Assembly: GCA_035437825.1 (NCBI GenBank)
Contig: DAOMYX010000009.1
Location: 952-64,951 of the forward strand
Direction: 5' to 3'
Length of the DNA stretch: 64,000 bases
Origin: Alphaproteobacteria bacterium
Lineage (GTDB): Bacteria > Pseudomonadota > Alphaproteobacteria > Micavibrionales > UBA2020
A program made the translations under genes and the position numbers. Positions 20,082 to 29,516 of this stretch are shown piece after piece; within the stretch, counting starts at the first letter, position 1, and each line of letters opens with the position of its first letter. The notes beneath the pieces are model-generated. The model was not told where the DNA came from. It ran no database searches and was given only the letters and a program-made list of their open reading frames with translations.

Positions 20082-21563
20082 ATGGCTGAAGCAGCGCAAA
20101 AACCGAAAAATTCCAAAACCGCTATCACCCCCACGCGGGAAGAAAACTTCCCCGAATGGTACCAGCAGGTCATCAAGGCCGCTGACATGGCTGAAAACGC
20201 GCCGGTGCGCGGCTGCATGATTATTAAACCGTATGGCTTCGCCATGTGGGAAAACGTGCAAAAGCATCTGGATGTACTGATTAAAAACGAAGATGTGCAG
20301 AACGCGTATTTCCCGCTGCTTATCCCCATGAGCTATATCGCGCGCGAGGCGGAACATATTGACGGTTTCGCCAAGGAATGTGCGGTTGTGACGCATCACC
20401 GCCTGTCGATAGATGAAAAAACCGGCCAGCTGGGCCCCGACAAGGATTCCGTTTTGAGCGAGCCGATGATTATCCGCCCGACGTCGGAAACCATCATTGG
20501 CGAGTCCATGAAAAACTGGGTGCAATCGTACCGCGACTTGCCGCTGAAGCTGAACCAGTGGTGCAATATCATGCGTTGGGAAATGCGCCCGCGTATTTTT
20601 CTGCGTACGGCCGAATTCCTGTGGCAGGAAGGGCATAACGCCTTCGCCACGGCGGAAGAGGCCGATGCCGATGCCCGCCGTATGCTGGATGTTTATAACA
20701 ACATGTTCGAAAACTATCTGGCGATTGCGACCATTCCGGGCGCGAAAACGCCGGATGAGCGTTTCCCCGGCGCGATTGAAACCTACACGCTTGAAACGTT
20801 CATGCAGGATGGCAAGGCGCTGCAGGGCTGCACGTCGCATAACCTTGGGCAGACGTTTGCGCGCTCCTGCGATATCAAATATCTGGATAAAGACGGCGCG
20901 CAAAAGCTGGCATGGACGACGTCGTGGGGCTTTACCACCCGCACGATTGGTGCATCCATCATGGTGCATGCTGACGATGACGGTATGGTCATGGCGCCGA
21001 TGGTGGCGCCGCATCAGGTCGTTATTCTGCCCTTTATCAACGACGATGCCGACCGCGCTAAAATCCTCGAAGCTTGCGACAACGTTAAACGCATGTTGCA
21101 CGCGGCCGGTATCAGCGCGCGCGTGGATGCGTCCGAAGCCCGCAGTTCAGATAAAATGTGGACGGCGATTAAAAAGGGCGTCCCCGTACGTCTTGAAATC
21201 GGCGCGCGTGAACTGGCCGAGGGGCAGGTGGTTTTCACCCGCCGCGACCTTGGCAAAGACGGCAAGATGAAAGTTTCCATCGACGCTTGCGCGGCCGAAA
21301 TCGGCAAGGCGCTGCAACAAATGCAAAAAGATTTGCTGGAGCGTTCACGTGCGCGTTTGCAGGCGCAAATCACGGATGTCAAAACGCTCAAGGACGTGCG
21401 CGATTATTATGCGGCGGACAAGACGGGCGGCTTGCGTCTTGATTATGCGTTGGTCAAGGATTCTGCGGAATTTGCGGCCATCGCCAAGGAATACGCGGTG
21501 ACCACGCGCTGCTTGCCGTTTGCGGATGGCGGCGAAAAAGTGATTGTGGCGAAATCTTACTAA
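20082..21563 (+). CDS. proS: proline--tRNA ligase, archaeal/eukaryote-like architecture
   Basis: FPEWYQQVIKAADMAE, RPTSETIIG, LNQWCNIMRWEMRPRIFLRTAEFLWQEGH, GTSHNLGQTFA and the C-terminal ...VIVAKSY align residue-for-residue with the Thermus-type ProRS as I recall it. Confidence 0.95.
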   Translation: MAEAAQKPKNSKTAITPTREENFPEWYQQVIKAADMAENAPVRGCMIIKPYGFAMWENVQKHLDVLIKNEDVQNAYFPLLIPMSYIAREAEHIDGFAKECAVVTHHRLSIDEKTGQLGPDKDSVLSEPMIIRPTSETIIGESMKNWVQSYRDLPLKLNQWCNIMRWEMRPRIFLRTAEFLWQEGHNAFATAEEADADARRMLDVYNNMFENYLAIATIPGAKTPDERFPGAIETYTLETFMQDGKALQGCTSHNLGQTFARSCDIKYLDKDGAQKLAWTTSWGFTTRTIGASIMVHADDDGMVMAPMVAPHQVVILPFINDDADRAKILEACDNVKRMLHAAGISARVDASEARSSDKMWTAIKKGVPVRLEIGARELAEGQVVFTRRDLGKDGKMKVSIDACAAEIGKALQQMQKDLLERSRARLQAQITDVKTLKDVRDYYAADKTGGLRLDYALVKDSAEFAAIAKEYAVTTRCLPFADGGEKVIVAKSY

Positions 21564-22009
21564 TGCCGCTTGCGTTTCGCCAGATTGCCGTTGATACGCC
21601 AGACCATGCCGCCATGCTGGCGCTGCGGGAGCGTATCCTGCGCAAACCCATCGGCTTGAGCGTCACGCTTGAGGAAATCGCGCGCGACAGCGGCGATTAC
21701 CTGCTGGGCGGTTTTGAGGGCGATAACATCGTTTGCTGCCTGATTTTGCAAAAAAGCGATGGCGGTTGGATAAAAATGCGGCAGGTCGCCGTCGATAACG
21801 GGCGGCAGGGGCAGGGCATCGGGGCGCAGATGCTGCGCGCGGCGCTTGATGTTCTGCGTGGCTGGGGCACGGCCAATGTTTATTGCCATGCCCGCGAAAC
21901 GGCGCGCGATTTTTACCTGCAAAACGGCTGGGTCGTCACCAGCGATACTTTTGACGAAAACGGCATTCCGCATTGCCGTATGGAATTTACTCTGGATAAG
22001 GCGCAATAG
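21563..22009 (+). CDS. GNAT family N-acetyltransferase (ElaA-like)
   Basis: Acetyl-CoA motif RQGQGIGAQML and C-terminal ENGIPHCRM (compare E. coli ElaA EDGIPHIGM). TAATG junction with proS. Confidence 0.8.
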   Translation: MPLAFRQIAVDTPDHAAMLALRERILRKPIGLSVTLEEIARDSGDYLLGGFEGDNIVCCLILQKSDGGWIKMRQVAVDNGRQGQGIGAQMLRAALDVLRGWGTANVYCHARETARDFYLQNGWVVTSDTFDENGIPHCRMEFTLDKAQ

Positions 22010-22014
22010 GCATC

Positions 22015-23262
22015 ATGTCTCTCGCATTCGAAAAAATGGTGGCGGGGCGCTATTTGCGCTCCAAACGCAAAGAGGGGTTTATCTCCGTCATTGCAGGGTT
22101 TTCGTTCCTCGGCATCATGCTTGGTGTGGCGACGCTGATTATTGTCATGTCAGTCATGAACGGTTTTCGGGCGGAGCTGATTGGCCGTATCCTCGGCCTT
22201 AACGGCCACATGAATGTTTTCAGCTATAGCGGCTCTATTGTGACGTATGAACCGCTGATGGTGCGTCTGCAAAAAGTGCCTGGTATTACAAGTGCTGCGC
22301 CCGCCATCGAAGGGCAGGCGCTTGCGAAAATGGGCGACAACGCGCTCGGCATGGTTGTGCGCGGCATGCGGGCGGAGGATTTTGCCGTCCGTCCCATTTT
22401 GTCCGGCGCTATCGTGGACAGGCTGGAGGGGGACGATTATTTCGGCGGCGATAACATCGCCATCGGCAAAGGGCTTGCAGAGCGTTATCGCCTGCGTCCG
22501 GGCAGCCGGATTTTCATGGTCTCGTCCAAAAGCCGCACAACGCCCTTTGGCAGCATGCCAATTCAGGCGGCATTTATCGTGGGCGCGATTTTTGATGCGG
22601 GCATGTATGAATATAACAACAGTTTTGCCTATATGCCGCTTGAAACCGCACAGAAATTTTTCAACATGGGTGACGGCGTGGGGTCGGTTGAGGTGATGAC
22701 GGATAACCCGTCGCACATCCGCCAGATACGCGCGGCGGTTGAAAATGAATTGCAGGGCGAATTCGCGGTGACGGACTGGCAGGACAGCAACGCGAGTTTT
22801 TATAACGCGCTGCAGGTGGAGCGCAACGTCATGTTCCTTATCCTGACGCTGATTATCCTTGTGGCTGCATTCAATATTATCTCCAGCCTTATCATGCTGG
22901 TGAAGGACAAAGGGCGTGATATCGCCATTCTGCGCACCATGGGCGCGACGAAGGGGATGATTATCCGTATTTTCTTTTTTACGGGCGCAACCATTGGTGT
23001 TGTCGGCACGATGGCAGGTGCGGTTTTGGGCATTGCTTTTGCCAGCAATATCGAAAGCATCCGCCGCTGGCTGGAGGGGCTGACCAATACCAACCTGTTT
23101 TCGGACGAGATTTATTTTCTATCCAAATTGCCCGCGCAGCTGAATGCCGGCGATGTGCTGGTGACGGTGGGTATGGCGCTGTTTTTATCCTTTGCCGCGA
23201 CGATATACCCGGCATGGCGCGCGGCAAGGCTTGACCCGGTGGAGGGACTGCGCCGTGAATAA
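22015..23262 (+). CDS. lolC: lipoprotein-releasing ABC transporter permease (LolC/LolE family)
   Basis: 415 aa. N-terminal TM, periplasmic domain, C-terminal FtsX-like 3-TM bundle (ILRTMGA motif). Followed by lolD. Confidence 0.9.
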   Translation: MSLAFEKMVAGRYLRSKRKEGFISVIAGFSFLGIMLGVATLIIVMSVMNGFRAELIGRILGLNGHMNVFSYSGSIVTYEPLMVRLQKVPGITSAAPAIEGQALAKMGDNALGMVVRGMRAEDFAVRPILSGAIVDRLEGDDYFGGDNIAIGKGLAERYRLRPGSRIFMVSSKSRTTPFGSMPIQAAFIVGAIFDAGMYEYNNSFAYMPLETAQKFFNMGDGVGSVEVMTDNPSHIRQIRAAVENELQGEFAVTDWQDSNASFYNALQVERNVMFLILTLIILVAAFNIISSLIMLVKDKGRDIAILRTMGATKGMIIRIFFFTGATIGVVGTMAGAVLGIAFASNIESIRRWLEGLTNTNLFSDEIYFLSKLPAQLNAGDVLVTVGMALFLSFAATIYPAWRAARLDPVEGLRRE

Positions 23263-23941
23263 TACATCGCAAAGTCAAAGCGTCCTGAAACTTGAAAATG
23301 TCGTGCGCAGCTTTACGCAGGGCGGGCAGACGCTGGATATTCTGCGCGGGGTGAATGTCGATTTGCGCCGTGGTGAAATTGTTGCTCTGCTGGGGCCCAG
23401 CGGTTCGGGCAAAACGACCATGCTCCAAATCGCAGGGCTTCTGGAGCCGCCGACCAGCGGCAAGGTCTTTGTGGGCGGCATCGCCGCAACCGATACGTCG
23501 GACGAGGCGCGCACAACCATGCGCCGCGACCAGATTGGATTCGTATATCAATTTCACCACCTGCTGCCGGATTTTACCGCGCTTGAAAACCTGATGTTGC
23601 CGCAATATATCGCGGGCAAGGACAAGGCGGCGGCGCGGGAGCGGGCGCAGCATCTGCTCTCCCTCGTCGGGCTTGAAAAACGTATGGGGCATTTCCCGTC
23701 GCAATTGTCGGGCGGGGAGCAGCAGCGCGTTGCCATCGCGCGCGGTCTTGTGAATCATCCGGCGCTTTTGCTGGCGGACGAGCCGACAGGTAACCTCGAC
23801 CCCAAAACCGCCGACGAGGTTTTCGGTATTCTGGTGCAGACCATCCGCAGCGAAAATATCGGCGCGCTGGTGGTTACGCACAACCACGATTTGGCCGCAC
23901 GCATGGACCGCGTGCTGGAGCTTAAAGACGGCTGCGTCTAA
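23255..23941 (+). CDS. lolD: lipoprotein-releasing system ATP-binding protein
   Basis: Walker A GPSGSGKTT, signature LSGGEQQRVAIAR, Walker B LLLADEPTGNLD. GTG 23255 overlaps the lolC end; the track start at 23192 is an overlap artefact. Confidence 0.92.
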   Translation: MNNTSQSQSVLKLENVVRSFTQGGQTLDILRGVNVDLRRGEIVALLGPSGSGKTTMLQIAGLLEPPTSGKVFVGGIAATDTSDEARTTMRRDQIGFVYQFHHLLPDFTALENLMLPQYIAGKDKAAARERAQHLLSLVGLEKRMGHFPSQLSGGEQQRVAIARGLVNHPALLLADEPTGNLDPKTADEVFGILVQTIRSENIGALVVTHNHDLAARMDRVLELKDGCV

Positions 23942-23949
23942 CGCCGGCT

Positions 23950-24705
23950 TTATTTCAATTTGGGATGGCGGGGTTTCGGCAGCGGAATTGTTTCGCGGGC
24001 AGGCACGTCGTATTGACGCAGTTCTTGCAGCGCGCCCGTTGCGGCGGCGGTGATGATTACCGTTTCGACAAATTCAAGGCGGTCTTCGTCTTTGCTGAGG
24101 TCGTAGCGGTGGAACATGCTTTCGCCGCTTTTGCCCGACGGGTTCCAGAAGGTTTTACTATCAAGATAGGTCGGGTTGCTGCGCGGCTTGTTAATATTCT
24201 CGCCATAACAATCAATCACGCTGTCGGGCAGCACGCGCACCAGAATGCGGGCATCGTCGATGCTGAGAATGGCATAGTGCGCCAGCGGCGGCTGTTCGCT
24301 GCTGCCCTCCTTGATAAGGCGGAGTTCGCGCAGGGTATTGAAATTGGCTTGCTCGAGCCCTATCTGCCGCAGGCCCGCTTCCTGACACATCGTTACCAGC
24401 GCGTTCAGCGCGGTGAGAGTTGGGGCAAAGGCCTGTTTTTCCGCGCGCGCGGCGGCGGCCAGCGCACTGAATGTATCGGCGATGTTTTTATGTGTCAGCT
24501 CTTTGAGCGCCGGGGTATCCGGCTCTTCGGCGGCGACCGTTTCGGCGGCAGGGGCGGTGGCTTCTTTTTTCTTCGCTTTCTTATCGGCAGGCGCAGGGGC
24601 GGCGGGGGCTGAACCGAAGCCCCAGTCTTCTTCCTTCGCTGTGTGATGTTTGCCCATCATGGCCGTTAACCCGCTGATTTTTTTGATGGCTGATAATAAC
24701 CACAT
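23950..24705 (-). CDS. hypothetical protein (orphan), Lys/Ala/Pro-rich N-terminal region
   Basis: 251-aa ORF with coding-like composition, convergent with lolD (8-nt gap). The alternative start MMGKHH at 24660 leaves a 120-bp divergent spacer to dnaE. No motif recognised. Confidence 0.55.
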   Translation of the reverse strand: MWLLSAIKKISGLTAMMGKHHTAKEEDWGFGSAPAAPAPADKKAKKKEATAPAAETVAAEEPDTPALKELTHKNIADTFSALAAAARAEKQAFAPTLTALNALVTMCQEAGLRQIGLEQANFNTLRELRLIKEGSSEQPPLAHYAILSIDDARILVRVLPDSVIDCYGENINKPRSNPTYLDSKTFWNPSGKSGESMFHRYDLSKDEDRLEFVETVIITAAATGALQELRQYDVPARETIPLPKPRHPKLK

Positions 24706-24780
24706 GCCTTTGTTATGTCAACAGGCGGTTTTGGACAGAAAGTGATTGAAATTCAATGCCTTTGGTGTGAAAACAAGGGT

Positions 24781-27700
24781 ATGTCACAGCCCTACGCACC
24801 CTTTGTTCACCTGCGTGTCCATTCGGCCTATTCGCTGGCCGAGGGGGCGATACGCATCAAAGACCTCGTGCCGCTGGCGCGTAAATTGAACATGCCGGCT
24901 GTGGCCGTGACGGACAGCGGCAACCTGTTCGGCGCGGTTGAATTTTCGCTGACGGCGGCAAAGGCGGGGGTGCAGCCCATCGTCGGTTGCCAGTTCTATA
25001 TCGAAAAGCCGGAACAGACGACGCAGAAAAACCGCAAATGCGAAATGCCGGACCAAATCGTGCTGCTCGCGCAGAGTCATGCGGGATACCTGAACCTTGT
25101 GAAACTGTCGAGCGAGGCGTTTTTACACCCGCTGCCCCACACCGAAAAGCCTGCGCTGACGTGGGAAGCATTGGCCGCGCATAGCGGCGGGCTTATCTGC
25201 CTGACGGGCGGGGCGAAGGGCAGCCTTGCGCGCATGATTACCGAAAACCGCGCGGCGGAGGCAGACAAGCTGCTTGTGCAAATGCAGGGCATGTTTGAAG
25301 ACCGCCTGTATATCGAGCTGGAGCGTCACGGCACGGCGGAGGAAGTCGCGGTTGAAGACGGGCTTCTGGATTTGGCCTATGCGCGAAATGTGCCGATTGT
25401 GGCGACAAATAACTGCTATTTCGATGACCCGTCGATGTACGAGGCGCATGACGCGCTGATGTGCATTGCCGAAAGCGCCTATGTGCAGGACGACAACCGC
25501 CGCAAAGTAACGCCGGAGCATTATTTCAAATCCGCCGAGCAAATGGCGGAGCTGTTCAAAGACCTGCCCGAAGCCATCGAGAATACGGTGCATATCGCGC
25601 GCCGCTGCGCCTTCATGCTCAAGGAAGAAAAGCCCTTTTTGCCGCGTTTCCCGACGCCGGAGGGGCAAAGCGAAGCGGATGCGCTGCGCGACCTCTCGGA
25701 AAAAGGGCTGACGTGGCGGCTTGAAAATTACGTTTTTCAACCCGGTTGGGACGAAGCCAAACGCGCGGAAGTGCGCAAGGAATATTTCGACCGTCTGAAC
25801 TATGAACTCGGCGTCATTATCGATATGGGCTTCCCCGGATACTTCCTTATCGTATCGGATTTTATCCAATGGGCGAAAGACCACGATATTCCGGTTGGCC
25901 CCGGGCGCGGTTCGGGCGCGGGCTCTGTCGTTGCATGGGCAACCAAAATTACCGACTTGGACCCCATCGCTATGAAACTGCTGTTCGAGCGTTTCTTGAA
26001 CCCCGAACGCGTATCCATGCCCGACTTTGACGTGGATTTCTGTCAGGAACGCCGCGACGAAGTTATTACTTATGTGCGCCACAAATACGGCACGGACAGC
26101 GTGGCGCAGATTATTACATTCGGTAAGCTGCAGGCGCGCGCCGTGGTGCGCGACGTCGGGCGTGTTTTGCAAATGCCTTACGGGCAGGTCGATAAAATCG
26201 CGAAGCTGGTGCCGCAAAACCCCGCGAACCCCATCAGCCTTGGCGAAGCGCTTGAGAGCGAGCCGCTGCTGCGCGAGGCGCGCGACAGCGACGAACAGGT
26301 AGGCAAGCTCATCGACGTCGCGCTCAAGCTGGAGGGGCTGTACCGTCATGCCTCCACCCACGCGGCGGGTGTAGTGATGGGGGATAAGCCGCTCGACCAG
26401 CTGGTGCCGGTTTACCGCGACCCCGGCGCCGATGCGCCCGCAACGCAGTTCAACATGAAAGACGTCGAGAAAATCGGCTTTGTGAAGTTCGACTTCCTTG
26501 GTCTTAAAACGCTTGATGTTATTCAGGAAGCCATCCGCCTTATCAAACAAACGACGGGGCTGGAGCTCGACCCGCTGAAATTCCCGCTCGAAGACCCAGA
26601 TACCTACAAGCTGCTGGCGCGCGGGGATTGCGCCGCCGTCTTCCAGCTCGAGAGTGCGGGCATGCGCGACTTGTGCCGCCAGATGAACGTCAAGAACTTC
26701 GAAGAAGTGTCGGCTATCGTCGCCCTGTTCCGACCGGGGCCGATGGAAAACATCCCGAAATACCTTGCGAACCTGAAGGGGAGCGAGGAAATTGACTACA
26801 TGCACCCGCTCCTGAAGCCGGTGACCGAAGACACCTACGGCGTCATGATTTATCAGGAACAGGTCATGCAGGCGGCGCAGGTGCTTGCGGGCTATACGCT
26901 CGGCGGTGCCGACCTTTTGCGCCGCGCGATGGGCAAGAAAATCAAATCCGAAATGGATGCGCAGCGCGCGATTTTTGTCGAGGGCTGTAAAAAGCATAAC
27001 AATATCGACGAAGGCCTCGCGGGCTCTATTTTCGACCAGATTGAAAAATTCGCGGGCTACGGCTTTAACCGTGCGCACTCGGCGGCTTACGGTCTTATCG
27101 CGTTCCAGACGGCTTATCTGAAATGCCATTTCCCTGTCGAATTCATGGCCGCGACCATGACGCAGGATATGGGCAACACCGACAAGCTGGCCGTTATCCG
27201 GCAGGAATTGCAGCGCATGGGCATCACGCTTTTGCCGCCGGATATCAATAAATCCATTCCGCGCTTTTCCGTCGAATTCATGGCGGATGGCAGCAAGTCA
27301 ATCCGCTACGCCCTCGCCGCGCTGAAAGGCGTGGGTGAAGAGGCGATGAAGCGGGTATTGGCGGAGCGTGAAGAAAACGGCCCCTTCAGCGATATTTATG
27401 ATTTCGCGCGCAGGCTTGATACCAAAGTCATCAACAAGCGGCAGATGGAATCGCTTGCTGCCGCAGGCGCGTTTGACGCCATGATTGAAAACCGCGCCGT
27501 GGCGCTGGCGGGCGTTGAAACGCTGCTGCGTTATGCCGCCGCGCATGCCGAAGAAAAAGCCAGCGGGCAGGAAAGCCTGTTCGGCGGTGGCGGCGCGGAA
27601 AGTCTGCCGGAGCCTGCCTTGCCGCAAGCCGACAAGTGGGAGCCGCTGGAAGGCCTGCGCCATGAATTCGAAGCGGTCGGCTTTTACCTCTCCGCCCACC

Positions 27701-28272
27701 CGCTCGACAATATGGCGACGCAGCTGGAACGTTTGCGCGTGGTGCCCTCAAGTCAGGTGCAGGCCGCGCTGAACGCCAGCCCGTCCAACCGCCTGCGCAT
27801 GGCGGGCATCGTTGTGCGCAAGCAGGAGCGTACGTCGCAAAAAGGCAACCGCTTTGCCTTCGTGCAAGTATCAGACCCCTACGGCGTTTTCGAGATGATG
27901 GTCTTTTCCGAGCTTCTCAACGCCGCGCGCGAGCATCTGGATGCGGGGACACCCATATTGCTTAGCGTCGATGTTGACCGGAAAAACGAAGACGAACTGA
28001 GATTCCTTGCCCAGTCTATCGAGCCGCTGACCTCGGCCGTGCAAAGCGTGACACGGCAGGTGATTGTCGAGATGCAAACGCCTGAAGCCGCCGCGCAGGT
28101 GAAGGCGATGCTCGATAACACGGGCGGCGGGCGTGTGAAGGTGCAGGTCACCGCCGATGCGGGCAAGGGGCGCACCGTAACGCTGGAACTGCCCGGTTAT
28201 TACACCATCCACGAAGACACCCCGCGCCAGCTGCGCGCCATTCGCGGCGTCGGCGAAGTGCGGGAGCTTTAA
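24781..28272 (+). CDS. dnaE: DNA polymerase III subunit alpha
   Basis: PHP domain start FVHLRVHSAYSLAEGA, polymerase core, OB fold. 1163 aa from ATG 24781. Confidence 0.97.
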   Translation: MSQPYAPFVHLRVHSAYSLAEGAIRIKDLVPLARKLNMPAVAVTDSGNLFGAVEFSLTAAKAGVQPIVGCQFYIEKPEQTTQKNRKCEMPDQIVLLAQSHAGYLNLVKLSSEAFLHPLPHTEKPALTWEALAAHSGGLICLTGGAKGSLARMITENRAAEADKLLVQMQGMFEDRLYIELERHGTAEEVAVEDGLLDLAYARNVPIVATNNCYFDDPSMYEAHDALMCIAESAYVQDDNRRKVTPEHYFKSAEQMAELFKDLPEAIENTVHIARRCAFMLKEEKPFLPRFPTPEGQSEADALRDLSEKGLTWRLENYVFQPGWDEAKRAEVRKEYFDRLNYELGVIIDMGFPGYFLIVSDFIQWAKDHDIPVGPGRGSGAGSVVAWATKITDLDPIAMKLLFERFLNPERVSMPDFDVDFCQERRDEVITYVRHKYGTDSVAQIITFGKLQARAVVRDVGRVLQMPYGQVDKIAKLVPQNPANPISLGEALESEPLLREARDSDEQVGKLIDVALKLEGLYRHASTHAAGVVMGDKPLDQLVPVYRDPGADAPATQFNMKDVEKIGFVKFDFLGLKTLDVIQEAIRLIKQTTGLELDPLKFPLEDPDTYKLLARGDCAAVFQLESAGMRDLCRQMNVKNFEEVSAIVALFRPGPMENIPKYLANLKGSEEIDYMHPLLKPVTEDTYGVMIYQEQVMQAAQVLAGYTLGGADLLRRAMGKKIKSEMDAQRAIFVEGCKKHNNIDEGLAGSIFDQIEKFAGYGFNRAHSAAYGLIAFQTAYLKCHFPVEFMAATMTQDMGNTDKLAVIRQELQRMGITLLPPDINKSIPRFSVEFMADGSKSIRYALAALKGVGEEAMKRVLAEREENGPFSDIYDFARRLDTKVINKRQMESLAAAGAFDAMIENRAVALAGVETLLRYAAAHAEEKASGQESLFGGGGAESLPEPALPQADKWEPLEGLRHEFEAVGFYLSAHPLDNMATQLERLRVVPSSQVQAALNASPSNRLRMAGIVVRKQERTSQKGNRFAFVQVSDPYGVFEMMVFSELLNAAREHLDAGTPILLSVDVDRKNEDELRFLAQSIEPLTSAVQSVTRQVIVEMQTPEAAAQVKAMLDNTGGGRVKVQVTADAGKGRTVTLELPGYYTIHEDTPRQLRAIRGVGEVREL

Positions 28273-28317
28273 TTCAAAACGGCATTGCCGCTATAAAACG
28301 CCAGCCGGAGGTTCCTT

Positions 28318-28827
28318 ATGCCGCATCATTTCAAGGTAGAAGAGCTTGAGTTTCAAAAGCGCGGCGCACCGATAGAGGTTTTTGACCTGTTATCCAGCCC
28401 GCGCCTCGGCCAGTTGGCCGGATGCAAGTGGCTGCAGGTCGATATCCGCCGTCTGGAGCCGGGAAAGTTTTCCTTTCCCTATCATGCACACCGTGCGTCC
28501 GAAGAGTTTTTTATGATTTTGTCAGGACAGGCAACGCTACGCAGTCCCGAAGGCTTTCGTATTGTAACTGCGCAGGAAATAGTGATTTTTCCGGCAGGGG
28601 CGGAGCATGCGCATCAGCTTTATAACCATGGCGATGAAGATTGCGCCTATCTGGATGTGCGTACAACGCCAGCGATTGATGTCGTCGATTACCCCGATAC
28701 GGGCAAGGTGAATATCCTGCCGCAGATGGAAGTTTACGACCAGAAGCAGGGGCGCTGCGAATACTACAGCGGCGAGCAGGATGTTGCGCGTCATTGGCCG
28801 GCAGATGTGCTGAAACCGGAAAAGTAA
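28318..28827 (+). CDS. cupin domain protein
   Basis: Two cupin motifs: FPYHAHRASEEFFMILSG and VIFPAGAEHAHQLYN. Confidence 0.8.
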   Translation: MPHHFKVEELEFQKRGAPIEVFDLLSSPRLGQLAGCKWLQVDIRRLEPGKFSFPYHAHRASEEFFMILSGQATLRSPEGFRIVTAQEIVIFPAGAEHAHQLYNHGDEDCAYLDVRTTPAIDVVDYPDTGKVNILPQMEVYDQKQGRCEYYSGEQDVARHWPADVLKPEK

Positions 28828-28830
28828 ATA

Positions 28831-29337
28831 TCAGCGTTGCCCGGGCACGCGCGAGCGGATAGCGGGAGAGGGGGCGAGGATGATGTCGCCATCCAGCACG
28901 CTGGCGCGGCGCCCCATGTTTTCGCGGGCGGCGGATTGTATTTCTGCAAAGCGGCTGTGATGTGCCGCCTTGGCGAAATCGCCGCCGAGTTTTTTCGAAA
29001 GCCAGCCGTCCCCTTCCGCAAGTTCCGCCTCGCTTTCGATTGTGCCGCCGCGGGCGATTTGGGCGGCTTCCAGTGCGGCCAGTCTTTGCACGGCCTCTGC
29101 TGCCGTCAAATCCTGCGCTTCGCCGCGCAAAATCAGGCAGCTGTCGATTTCGTGCTTTTCGATATCGCCAAGGCCTGCGGCCGCTTTTTGCTGGTCATAG
29201 CTGCGGCGGTAAACCCAGAACACATGGTGCAGGCGGTTGTCGTCTTCGGGGTTTTCGCTGTGCAGCGCATGGGTGCGGTACATCTGCCCGCGCTCCAGCA
29301 GGTGGTCGAGGTCGGATTTTGGAGGCTGGCCATTCAT
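28831..29337 (-). CDS. hypothetical protein (orphan)
   Basis: 168-aa ORF convergent with the cupin gene (3-nt gap). No family recognised. Confidence 0.5.
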   Translation of the reverse strand: MNGQPPKSDLDHLLERGQMYRTHALHSENPEDDNRLHHVFWVYRRSYDQQKAAAGLGDIEKHEIDSCLILRGEAQDLTAAEAVQRLAALEAAQIARGGTIESEAELAEGDGWLSKKLGGDFAKAAHHSRFAEIQSAARENMGRRASVLDGDIILAPSPAIRSRVPGQR

Positions 29338-29516
29338 GGCGCTGTTCCTTGGCGGTGGGGCTTGCCCGGTGTTTGTTTCGAAAAATCGATGCTAGCCGCC
29401 GCGCATTTTTATGTCAATAATCTTATGAAATTGGCAAAAAACAACCTTTTAGCGCCCTCCGGCGGGGCGGGGTGGGTAAAAAACCGCTAAAAACCTGTAA
29501 AAAGACTATGTTTTCC

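Noticed and set aside
25123-27129. 668-aa minus-strand ORF
   Set aside because: Antisense of dnaE; same compositional artefact.
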